In this document: one piece after another, positions 28,193-39,600 of the stretch
Layout of the letters: every line of letters begins with the position of its first letter
Numbering within the stretch: position 1 is the stretch's first letter
DNA from: Squalus acanthias
Lineage: Eukaryota
DNA: 64,000 nt
NCBI GenBank assembly: GCA_030390025.1
Contig: CM059429.1
Location: forward strand, 138,322,001-138,386,000
Reading direction: 5' to 3'
Notes under the pieces: generated by a model
Told to the model about the DNA's origin: nothing
Seen by the model: the letters and a program-made list of their open reading frames with translations, nothing else
The model's database searches: none
Translations under genes and position numbers: made by a program

Positions 28193-28395
28193 CCATGATG
28201 TGGAGATGCCGGTGTTGGACTGGGGTGGACAAATGTGAGAAGTCGCACAACACCAGGTTATAGTCCAACAGCTTTATTTGAAATCACAAGCTTTCGGAGC
28301 GCTGCTCCTTCACCTGACGAAGGAGCAGCGCTCCGAAAGCTTGTGATTTCAAATAAAGCTGTTGGACGATAACCTGGTGTTGTGCGACTTCTCAC
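28193..28395. mobile_element. Penelope-derived mini-element, mostly a 79-bp-arm inverted repeat
   Basis: Arms 28233-28311 and 28319-28397 (1 mismatch); 12-bp TSD atactatagaaa at 28181-28192 and 28396-28407. Confidence 0.85.
28310..28346 (+). ncRNA. Minimal type I hammerhead ribozyme motif (Penelope-associated)
   Basis: tcac-CTGACGA-a-ggagc-agc-gctcc-GAAA-gc-tt-gtga: conserved core boxes, 5-bp stem II, 4-bp stem I, palindromic AGCT in place of stem III. Confidence 0.7.
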
Positions 28396-29184
28396 ATACT
28401 ATAGAAAGGTCCATTATAGCTGCAGTGAAGCCAGGAAATAGGCCATTATGGATTGGGATTTTCCAGAATGAACTCCATATGACAGCCCGCATTGTGTTGG
28501 GATTAAGTGTAGGCCACCAGCTTTGGCTCTGATGATGCAGTTTTGGTGTAGTGTAATCTTATTCCTGGTGTTAAACTGAAATTTGCTGTAATCTATACTG
28601 TATGTCTCTAGACAGCAGACAATGCCATTGCACTCTGGTATCTAGGTGGCTGGATTAAATGGTTCAAAGTTTGCAGCAAAAAAAATTAATGGACCTTTGT
28701 TGAAACCAAGGTTCGTGAGGTCATTTGTGTAAGTACTGCAGTTCATACCTTGAGCTAGAACGCACATAGCCAAGCATGAGTTATCACCTTTGGTAGAGGA
28801 GAAGAAAAAATTGGAAAAAGAAAGTTAGTGGAGGACCTACTTTATACTGGTGCTAGTGTAGAAGAATATGACAGTTGCTCTGGTATAATAGTGTTTGGGA
28901 TGTATGGACTTCTCTGCTTTGAATTGATTTGCACCTTTTTTCTGCCTGTAATTTGCCTTCCAATATTTTTGTCTTGCCTCATGTCTTTGCTAAAGGTGCT
29001 CACTCATGTAGCCCTTCAGCAACTCAACCAGATTGTTATTTATTTTAATCTCTGGTCCTGGACAGTAAGGGATCAGCAAACTGTTTGAACATGAGGAGCC
29101 ATCACAGCTGAGCCTAATCCTGCCCTCATCTCGAGGTCACATCTACTGTTTAAATGAAAAGTCCCATCTGACCATGTGATTACA

Positions 29185-29860
29185 ACAACTATAATAACAA
29201 CTTGTATTGATATAGCGCCTTTAACGTAGTAAAACATCCCAAGGTGCTGCACAGGAGTGTTATAAGACAAAAATTTGACACCGAGCCACATAAGGATAAA
29301 TTAGGGCAGGTGACCAGAAGCTTGGTCAAAGAGGTAGGTTTTAAGGAGTGTCTTAAAGGAGGAAAGAGAGGAGGAGAGGTTTAGGCAGGGAATTCCAGAG
29401 CTTAGGGCCGAGGCAACAGAAGGCACGGCCACCAATGGTTGAGCGATTATAATCAGGGATGCTCACGAGGGCAGAATTAGAGGAGCGCAGATATCTCGGG
29501 GGGCGGTTGTGGGGCTGGAGGAGATTACAGAGATAGGGAGGGGTGAAGCCATGGAGGGATTTGAAAACGAGGAGGAGAATTTTGAAATTGAGGTGTTGCT
29601 TAACCGGGAGACAATGTAGGTCAGCGAGCACAGGGGTGATGGGTGAACAGGACTTGGTGCGAGTTAGGACACAGGCAGCAGAGTTTTGGATGGCCTCAAG
29701 TTTACATAGGGTATAACGTGGGAGGCCAGCCAGGAGTGCGTTGGAATAGTCAAGTCTAGAGGTAACAAAGGCATGGATGAGGGTTTCAGCAGCGGATGAG
29801 CTGAGGCAGGGGCGGAGACCGGCGATGTTACGGAGGTGGACATAGGTGGAGGTGGAAATT
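29185..29860 (-). mobile_element. L2 LINE 3' fragment
   Basis: LADLHCLPVKQHLNFKILLLVFKSLHG...RAFCCLGPKLWNSLP (ORF 29353..29631) and an L2 tail with (caa)n-like end. Confidence 0.85.
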
Positions 29861-30250
29861 ACACATAGGATCTGCAGCGACAGTCTGCTTAAGGTGGGAC
29901 CCTTCCTGCATTATTCAGTCTTTCCTCCTGGTGGGTTGATTTGGGCAGAGATGTCTGAAGGTGGGCTTGTTCCATCCCTTGGCTAAGGGAAATAGTGTGA
30001 ATATAAGAGTAAATTCACCGATCCTGCACTCCCAGTGGGAAACCGTGTTCAGAGGAGGTGTGGGTCAGAAATAGGACTACAACACTGCCACTCTGATTCT
30101 CTGGCTGCCTTTGAGTGTAACTCCCTGTTGGGAGCATCAGATTGATGAATTTACTCGACAGAAAGAAAAATGGGCGGAGCTGACTTTCTCGGGTTTTCAA
30201 ACATTAAACATTAAACTATGTTATCTCTTTGTTTTCAATTTCACAAACAG

Positions 30251-30673
30251 AATTTAAAATGCAAGTGGATAAAACAGAATTGAATATTAGCATACCGGAG
30301 AAGGACCTGTTTCAGCTCAGCTGCAATGTAACCCACCAAACAAAAGATAATTCGCAGTTTGCCGTATCCTGGTTCGCATGGAAAGTCAAAGAGGGTGCTG
30401 ACAGAATCATGAAGGAGACCATTTTAAAAGTTGATCACAATTCAGTGTTTGGGTTCGATGTCTCACTGGACGGTGCTGAAGGGATGAAGGACAGACTGCA
30501 GTTAGAGAGACCCTCCCATGGATTGTACAGCTTAACGGTGCAGAACTCTGACAGCAGTGACGCTGGGAATTACTACTGTCACGTGGAGGAATGGATTCAA
30601 AATGCCAACAATATCTGGTATAAACTAGGAGAGGATGAGTCCGGGCTGGTCATGGTCACTGTACAAAACAAAG
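30251..30673 (+). CDS. IGSF3: IGSF3 internal exon, membrane-proximal V-type Ig domain
   Basis: Acceptor caaacag at 30250 and donor G|gtaact at 30674; 423 bp, phase 1-1; FQLSC...VSWF...DAGNYYCHVEEWIQ (canonical EWI). Confidence 0.92.
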
Positions 30674-30952
30674 GTAACTTATTACTCAGAGAAAAATTTG
30701 ATCTTGCCTGAATCATATGTGGTCAGTTACATTAAATACTTTCAGTGCACTCCCAGTGCTTAGTGCATGATGCACTGGGAGCACTTCATGAAGGCGGCCA
30801 GATTTTGTGATGCAACCTGACGACCCTTAAAGGTTGATGGGAAAAATGCAAGGGTTGCAGACACTTAAGGTCATTGAGCACCTGTTTGATCCATGTGTGA
30901 GCAGTACGTTAGCTGATATTGTGGAGCTAGCTGGAAATGAGCCGCAAGCATT

Positions 30953-31078
30953 ATAGCACTCCCTTAGAGCTGCACTGGAGTGTCAGCCTACATTATGTGC
31001 TCAAGTCTCTGGAGTGGGACTTGAACCCACAACCTTCTGACTCAGAGGCGAGAGTGCTACCACTGAGCCAAAGCTAAC
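30953..31078 (-). mobile_element. SacSINE1-type SINE 5' fragment
   Basis: Reverse complement of the tRNA-like head of 11046-11170. Confidence 0.75.
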
Positions 31079-32780
31079 ATTTTGACATCAGTTCTAAATT
31101 TGTCTTTTATTAATTTGAACTTGTGTCCCCTTATCTTACTATCATGGCTTTGTCTGAAGTCATATACTGGGTTTACCTTTACTATTCTGTTCACTATCTT
31201 GCATACCTCTGAGGTATAATAAATCCAAACAAGTGCCTACTTTTTTTTCTTATGTTAAAAAGTAATTTTTAAAGTATTTCAATTTTATCTTGCATCTACA
31301 GTGGTGACTGGCATTGGATGGGTCCTGTAGCTTCAGTATTCCTTTAAACCTGTGAAAGTCCATGGGATTTTATTGTTAAAAATCCACAAAGCATCACAAA
31401 GATTGTGTGTGCAGGAGTTATATTGTAACATACTCAAAACACTACCAGAAAGAATAGGCGCATAGGAGTTTTATTAGAACTATCCAAACATTACAATACA
31501 ACATATATATAAGGTATTCCCAGCAATGATCTTAAATACAGTATAGATCTGCCACAGCAGTTTGAGGTGTGCAGTACAGTGTTCATATATGATACCTTCA
31601 GTGAGCTGATGCTGTCATTTTATTTCTCTTTGAACCAGGTTGGGTAAGGAGGCAGTGAAAGGGTGGGCCAGGGTGCTGTGAGGTTGAGGTCAGACTGATT
31701 TTACTTGTGGAATGTTTTATGGTTCCTGAATATTTGGGATGAGAGAAGACTTTGCTGCCATTGCGGCGCCAAAAATAATTACAGGGAACATTGATGCAGA
31801 CATCCTGAGTAGCTTGGGGAATCCCTGGAAAAGCTGTCCTATGGTCTTTCCATGTTTGTGTTGCTCTCACCTGTTTCTCTCTCTCTCTCTCTCTCTGTCT
31901 TTATCACCCTCGCCATTTCTCTCTCTGTTTCTCACTTCTGCGCTCTGCTCCATTTCTGCTTTTGACCCGTGGGTGCTGATTTTGCTTCTCCATAGATGCC
32001 CACTTTGGATTGTTTCTCCACTGCTGTCCGGCCAGGCTGGACCTGACTTACAGTGCCCAAACCCAAACCACTGGCCAGCCAGGCCCTTGGTTCAGACCTT
32101 GATCTAGCCAGGCCTCCGCTCACATCGCCCAGGAAGACCCTGGACTCTGATCTCCAGTCAACTAGCTAATATCTAGGCCCCAGACCTCCCCAACCACCAC
32201 CAGGCCCCGGAGATTCCTTGACTGCCATCAAGCTTTGGACTTAATTCAACCATCTTGAAGATTGAAACCTACAACTACCACCAGCTCTGAATTGTCTCCC
32301 TTCTCTGTCTGGACCTCCTCAACCAGCATCTGTTCTAAACCCTTTTGATCACGAGCAAACCTTGAACTCCTGTTTGTTTGGTACCCATGACAAACTCTAC
32401 CACAGACTCATGTAATCACACCTACATCACCAAAGTTGTATGTGTAACTCACAGCCACATCTGTGTCTACTGCATGGATATTTTGACTGCTGTCAGGACC
32501 TCAGCTCATTTGTTTTTCTTATTGACAATCTTTCGCTTCTGCTCTGACCCTCCAACCTCTTGGCCACTGCAAGACCTTTTTGGTCTTGCCTTCAGTCACC
32601 TAATCCTTCACCCACTACTGCTTGGTGTCCATTTTATGCCTCTGTGAAGCAATATGGGATATTTTATGAGGGCAAAGGTACTGCAAAATACAAATTAACG
32701 TATCTTATTCGCCCCATTTTCTCTATTAATCTCTTCCTGTATCTCTTACTCTCCCCATTTATCTCTGTTAATCTATTCCT

Positions 32781-32890
32781 CTGATGTGGAGATGTTGGAC
32801 TGGGGTGGACAAATGTGAGAAGTCGCACAACACCAGGTTATAGTCCAACAGTTTTATTTTAAATCACAAGCTTTCGGAGCGCTGCTCCTT
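32781..32890. mobile_element. Penelope-derived mini-insertion (same family as 28193)
   Basis: Near-identical to 28196-28311; 9-bp TSD tctattcct at 32772-32780 and 32890-32898. Confidence 0.8.
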
Positions 32891-33613
32891 CTATTCCTGT
32901 GTCTTTGCTACTCTTCCTCTATTTCTTGTTTTTTTTTTCTCTTTGTTAATGTCTTCCTGGGAACAGTGAAAGGTTGCAGGAGGGAGTGAGCCAGAGGCGG
33001 CACTGAGCAGAAAGTGGCAGGAGAGAACAAATGGCAGAATGTGGAGTGGCCATAGATGAAACTGAAGTGCAGAGAGGGAGTGAGTCAGGGAGACGTGCAT
33101 GATGAAGTTGGTCTGCTATGTTTGGGGGATTGGGGAGACAGCTGAGCGAATGGAAAGTGCAGTGGATAAGTTTGTGATTTTACTTATAAATGATTTTTTA
33201 GTATGTTAATTAGGTAATAAAGTTTATTTTAAGGGTATATAATGGGATGGGTGAGGGACTTACTTAGAAGCTATACACCACAGAAATTATTTTTTGATAG
33301 AATGTGACTAAACTGATCAGAACTAATATTACAGAGATTATGTTGGGATCTGATTAGTCTCTGGCAACATGGTCCTCGATTTTAAAACCCCGCCCCTGGA
33401 CGGGCGAGAATGGATCCTGGTGTCCGAGGTGAGGGGGAGGGGAGAGAGGGTCCTGGTTGGGGTGGGGGATGGTGGCGGGGGAGTTAAAATATCAGGATTG
33501 AGCAGGCCGACCCCATTCCCACCCCGTTAAATTTTAAAGTGCAGAAATCAGGCCATGGAAGAGGCTCCAGCAAAAGGCAGGCAGGGGCCTAATTAACATA
33601 CCATAATTAACAT

Positions 33614-34007
33614 GGGGAACGGTAGCATAGTGGTTGTTACTGGACTCGTAATCCAGAAGCCTGGACTAATGATCCAGAGACATGAGTTCATAATCCCACC
33701 ACGGCAGCTGGGGAATTTAAATTCAGTTAATTAAATAAATCTGGATTAAAAAGCTAATATCAATAATGGTGACCATGTAACTACTGGATTGTCGTAAAAC
33801 CCCATCTGGTTCACTAATGTCCTTTAGGGAAGGAAATCTGCCGTCCTTACCTGGTCTGGCCTATGTGTGACTCCAGACCCACAGCAATGTGGTTGACTCT
33901 TAACTGCCCTCTGAAATGAAAAGCCACTCAGTTAAGGGCAATTAGGGATGGGCAATAAATGCTGGCCTTGCCAGTGACGCCCACGTAACGCGAATGAATA
34001 AAAAAAA
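33614..34007 (+). mobile_element. tRNA-derived SINE whose tail matches the LINE at 790-3360
   Basis: A-box-like tagcatagtgg and degenerate B box gagttcataatccc; 33934-33974 is identical over 41 bp to the reverse complement of 827-867; A-rich end. Confidence 0.8.
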
Positions 34008-34092
34008 TCAAAGCTGCGGCCTGCTGACATCAGCGGCACCTCGACTTAAATTTAATAGTAACTGAGAGGGATTCCCAGCAGCTGAACCGAGG

Positions 34093-35150
34093 CTCCCGAT
34101 CGCCAGCCCTCCCGATCGCCAGCCCTCCCGATCCCCATCCCTTCCTATCGCCAGCCCTCCCGATCCCCAGCCTCCCCCCAGCCCTCCTGATCCCACCCCT
34201 CCCGATCCCCACCCCTCCCGCCAGTCTCCCCCCAGCCCTCCCAATCACCAGTCTCCCCCCATCGCCAGCCTCCCCCCCCAGCCCTCCCAATTCCCATCCC
34301 TTCCTATCGCCAGCCCTCCCGATCGCCAGCCCTCCCGATCCCCAGCCTCCCCCCAGCCCTCCTGATCCCACCCCTCCCGATCCCCACCCCTCCCGCCAGT
34401 CTCCCCCCCAGCCCTCCCAATCACCAGTCTCCCCCCATCGCCAGCCTCCCCCCCAGCCCTCCCAATTCCCATCCCTTCCTATCGCCAGCCCTCCCGATCC
34501 CCACCCCTCCCGATCCCCATCCCTTCCTATCGCCAGCCCTCCCGATCCCCACCCCTCCCGATCCCCATCCCTTCCTATCGCCAGCCCTCCCGATCCCCAG
34601 CCCTCCCGATCCCCAGCCCTCCCGATCCCCAGCCCTCCCGATCGCCAGCCCTCCCGATCCCCATCCCTTCCTATCGCCAGCCCTCCCAATCCCCAGCCTC
34701 CCCCCAGCCCTCCTGATCCCACCCCTCCCGATCCCCATCCCTCCCGCCAGTCTCCCCCCCCCCCAGCCCTCCCAATCACCAGTCTGCCCCCATCGCTAGC
34801 CTCCCCCCCCCAGCCCTCCCAATTCCCATCCCTTCCTATCGCCAGCCCTCCCGATCCCCAGCCTCCCCCCAGCACTCCTGATCCCACCCCTCCCGATCCC
34901 CATCCCTCCTGCCAGCCTCCCCCCATCTCTCCCGATCCCCATCCCTCCCTATCGCCAGCCTCCCCCATCCCTCCCTATCGCCAGCCTCCTCCCCCAGCCC
35001 TCCCGATTCCCATCCCTCCCCCCAGCCCTCCCGATTCCCATCCCTCCCCCCAGCCCTCCCGATCCCCAGCCCTTCCAATCACCAGCCTCCCCCCAGCCCT
35101 CCCGATCCCCAACCCTTCCAATCACCAGCCTCCCCCCAGCCCTCCCGATT
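34093..35150. repeat. C-rich/G-rich minisatellite (~16-bp units cagccctcccgatc[gc/cc]) with higher-order blocks
   Basis: Tandem variants visible directly; a larger block recurs at ~34168, ~34342 and ~34694. Confidence 0.95.
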
Positions 35151-35269
35151 GGAACAAGAAGGATTTGGTAATTTTTTTTGGATTCTGTAATTAGAAAATG
35201 ATCCATTCATTGGCATTAAGCCTCTCCATCACAAAGACTAACTAATTCCACTTCTGTAACCACCACCAC

Positions 35270-35765
35270 CGCTGCTACCTCAGCTCATCAGCTGCTGAAA
35301 CCCACATCCTTGCCTTTGTCACCTTTATACTACTAGCCAGCCTCTATTTCTCCAACCTCAGTAAACTTCAGCCCATGCAAAACTATGCTGCCCATATTCT
35401 ATCCCACACCAAGTCCCGCTCACCCATCACCCTGTCTTCACTGCCCTGCATTGACTCCCAGTCCTCCAATGCTTCAAATTTAAAATTCTCATTCTTGTGT
35501 TTAAATCTCTTCATGGCCATTTCCCTCCCTATCTCTGTAACCTCCTCCTGCTTTACAACCGGCCCTCCCTTCAACTGCTTGGGCTCCATGCTCTGGAATT
35601 CCCTCCCTAAACCCCTCTGCCCTTCCACTGCTCTCTCTCTCTTCACACACTTTAAAACCCACCTCTTTGACTAAGGCTCAGTGTCCATGTTTATCATCTT
35701 ATGCTTCTGTGAAATGCCTTGGAACATTTTCTATGTTAAAGGCGCTATATAAATACAAGTTGTTG
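35270..35765 (+). mobile_element. L2 LINE 3' fragment
   Basis: QNYAAHILSHTKSRSPIT...LWNSLP...KTHLFD (ORF 35375..35674); tail aaaggcgctatataaatacaagttgttg. Confidence 0.8.
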
Positions 35766-36398
35766 AATCATAGAGTGGCAAATGTGTGGCGGCAGCAACA
35801 AGAGCAGCTTGCATTTATATCATACCTTTGATGCAGAAAACATATTCTTGGTGACCATTAAACTACAATAACATGATTTCTGACAGCAAGTAGAAACTTC
35901 AGGTAATTCTACTTTGAAATTTGGCCAAATATCTCAAAAAATATAACTTCTACCCTTTTTAAATGCCAGTTGTCTGTGAAATCAATCTCCTAATCCTGGA
36001 GGAAACCCTAATTAAAAAGACGAAAATACTTGCAAACCGTAATTTTCGTTATAGCATATTTGGCAATTATATCTGTTCCATAAGGTCAAGTATAAATGCC
36101 GTCCAGGAACAATTCACTGATTTCAGGATAACATTACTGCCTTCTTCATTTCCCTATCAGAGCACAAGTAATAGCAACAGATTCATCAACCGAATCATCC
36201 CGGTGTCCTGGATGAAAGAAGTATTGTGACACCAGGATGTTGTTGCCAAGGTACCTCCTTTAGCTAGGAGGGTGGGATGCTCTGGGCACAGGTCAATGGT
36301 TCACTACTCTGACATGGTTTGAAGGAAAAAGATGAACCAGCCTAATGGTGACAAAAATGAAAGTGAGTTTCTGACCTTTCATTATTTCTTTCCTACAG

Positions 36399-36649
36399 GT
36401 TCTTCTCTTCAGGAAGCGATTTGTTCAAATGATGCCCTATTCTACTTTATATTTTTCTACCCTTTTCCAATTTTTGGAGTCCTCCTTATTGCCATTTTAC
36501 TAACACGTTATAAAACCCTAAACTCGCAGAAGAAATCTGATGGTAAAAATGGTGTTCCATTACTCTGGATTAAAGAACCAGCGGTGACTTATTCTCCAAC
36601 AAGCCTTGAGCCACCGGATTTCAGAATAGGACCAGGAAGCCTCGCTTAA
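36399..36649 (+). CDS. IGSF3: IGSF3 terminal coding exon: transmembrane helix and cytoplasmic tail
   Basis: Acceptor ttctttcctacag at 36398; ICSNDALFYFIFFYPFPIFGVLLIAILL-TRYK...SDGKNGVPLLWIKEP...YSPTSLEPP..., stop TAA 36647-36649; closely matches the vertebrate IGSF3 C-terminus as I recall it. Confidence 0.93.
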
Positions 36650-39600
36650 CAGAGGAAGGGGGAAAATGATTTTGGAGAAAAAATAACTGACATTCAACTG
36701 AAGGGGTCAAAGTTATAATGAATTAAGGATGAATATTAACCCCAAAAAATCCAAGTTTGGAAGCAATATCCTCCACCTCTTATATTAAGAATGTACATTC
36801 TGAGGGTTATGGCATTGAAATATGGGGTAGAGAGGGTGCATTTATTCCAAGTTGTTTGGCTCAATTGGCCTCCTCCCCATTACCCCCAACACAATTACTT
36901 GATATAGTTGGAATGTTTAATTTTACACTAATGTAGATATATCGTCTTCTGCCAACTGTTTTCACTGCATGAGAGTTCTGCTTGTCACATTAGTCTGCTA
37001 TGTGTAATAGGTCTGATCTCATTAAAATGCCAGATGATCTCCTGAATGTTAAGACTATTGTCACTCCCGAAGAATACGGAACTGTAGCAAATGCAGTACC
37101 GTGGAGGGAAAATATTGAACTGTAATGATGTAAAATTTAGGGTTTTTTTTCTGAAGCTTCATGACACTTGACTGCCCCAATGCTTGGTTAACAAGTCTAA
37201 GAAGAGTCAACACTAAATCAAAGGGAAGTCATGACTGGAGGGATGGACATACACCCAGACCTTCTGTTCAATCACAACACTGCTTAGAATATTTGAACAA
37301 CAGAAACAATAAAAGGGGAGTGGGAAGATCATGGAAGCTGAGGAGAAGCTGTAGCACTGAAGGCTCATAGACGTTGTGTCAGGCAAATTCAGTGTTTGAC
37401 AAGTTTCAAATGACTATGACATGTGCAATAGAAAAGCCACGAAGGACACCTTATGCAGGCGATGAACATCGTTAATCCTATGACTGCATTGTGACAGAAT
37501 TACATGAAGATGATGTTACCTGAATACAGGATGTGGGACAATGAAATTCCATCCCTTCCAGTGAATATAGATAAGGATCAAGCAGATTATTAGCAAGTAT
37601 AGCCAAGGTTTCTCATTTATGAATTTTTTGATACAGAAATCTGATTAAGCTGCAACTCTGTAGAATGGAAAAGTAGCCATGCAGCTGGATAGGTTTTTTT
37701 TTATACATTGTTTTTGCACTTTTTGAAATAACTTTTTATTCTGTGTTTGAACAAGCATCATTATAATTGCCTATTTTGTTTTGATAGTGTTCATTTGGTC
37801 AAAGGAAATAGTTACAAGCCTGAACAAATCCAGTGCCCAAACAGGTTCAATGTGCTAACAGAATCCTAAGCTTTCCTGCAAGCCTGGTCAGCCTAAATCA
37901 TATAACACTTGTCTCAGCTTAAATATCTTCGAGAATTTTCAAACATTCATTCATACTCTGTTGTAAAACAAATTCATTTGTATTTACTAAACCACTCTTA
38001 AAATCTTAATTACCTAATGTATTGCTGTACACAGTTAAGATATGATGTAGGTGGGATTGAATTATCCATGACATTTTTAGGGGTTTTGCACTGAAGCAAA
38101 AATGACTATTTCATTGGATCAAACTCTCAAAAATCACAATAAATTCCACAGGATGGGAAAAAAAATCACTGATATTTGTGTGGGGAAACAGAAGTGGCCT
38201 TGGGAAGGGGAAAGTCAGAGGTGCAAGTGGTCTTGTCAAGACAGCATCACTATCATGGAGACAGAGCAGGATGCAAGATGATGCGTAGGAAGATTCTACA
38301 GTCAAACTTTTTATCCCAACACTGACTGGCTAACCAAACTGGCTGGATCTCCCTACATAGGCTGGTTTATCAGTTTTCATGTTGAATTGATATCATTTGA
38401 TGCAGTACAAGATTTAAATTGATAGATCAAAGACTTGGGTAACTAATCACCTAAGTCTTTGATCTAACAGGGGTGTTCCCTGAGCTGGTCACATAAATCC
38501 CACTGCACAAGCTGATCAGAATAGAATCCACTATTTTCTAGATAAAGTTGCTCTCTTCTGGAAAATGCTCCTGTATTATCACATACAATGTATGTATAAT
38601 GAGCCCTGCACCAACAACACAGGGCTCATTATACATAGATCCATTGTAAGCCACTGCATCCTTGATCTAGCAGTTCTAACTTCCACACTATTGTTACAGT
38701 TCCAGGCTGTAAGAACACAACAGCTGCAGGTTCTGGTAAGATTCTGATAATACCTTTATCTTCCAATCAGAGACGTTACATTTAAGATGACCAATGATGG
38801 CTTCAGGCATTATTTTATTGCATGTGGTGCTGGGTGCTTTGCTGCATTTGCTGTCTTCTTGCAGTATTTTAAAAGCACAGAAGAGTTATAATAACAACAG
38901 CTTTGTGTAACGATTTGGTCTGGGGTTCCTTTGAAATACGCATTTAGACTTTGTTTACTCGTCGGAGCTGTTGCATGAGGTGGCATAGTATATCAGTCTG
39001 AATTCAGTCACAGGATTCATCATCAGACTAAGCATTTAGCCCAAGGATGCTTCATGTGAGTGTGTGATCAGTGGAACACAATGTCCTCATTAGCCAGGGC
39101 AGCGAGGGAGAGCGGGCTTCTGACTTCACTAGTGCATTCATATCGTATATCTGTGTACATCCATCAGTGGAGAATGTAAATTTGCTGTGGACTCAACACT
39201 AAGGTCAGTTGATGACTTTGTGCCACTTGGACTCTTCTGTGTAGCCCCACACATACCGTGTGCTTTACCATTACCAAATGAAGTGACCGACTTAAACCCT
39301 AAACCTGCAGGACCATGAGATGCTCATTGGCTTGATTATGTTATTCCCTCCCCCAACCTTACAAGTTCACAGTGTTGTTGTAACGTAACCTCTGCACTAC
39401 ACACCCTCATCTTCATAATAAGATCAACATTTAGCAAAAATCTTTGATTTTCTTCTCATAAAACTTGCCCAAGCAGTTACTGCCTCTGAATTTGTTGTTT
39501 CTGGTCCTGGACCAGCTAGACTGGTTTGAATGAATCACTTCATGGAGCTTGAACATCTTGTACATTTATGTTGGAGAGTGAGGCACTTGTTTACAAAACT

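Noticed and set aside
20065-30673. Antigen-receptor V segments (IgNAR/TCR/IgW)
   Set aside because: No recombination signal sequences seen; the exons end in splice donors, carry the EWI motif and splice to an IGSF3-type TM tail.
30745-30785. Short hairpin just downstream of the exon donor (tcccagtgc/gcactggga)
   Set aside because: Only about 9-13 bp of pairing, which is within chance expectation without conservation data.
34030-34968. 312-aa Gly-rich ORF and overlapping ORFs
   Set aside because: Translation of a minisatellite that lacks stop codons; no splice or domain evidence.
34093-35150. Resemblance to an Ig switch region or a CRISPR array
   Set aside because: No Ig constant exons nearby and no unique spacers; it is a eukaryotic tandem repeat inside an IGSF3 intron.
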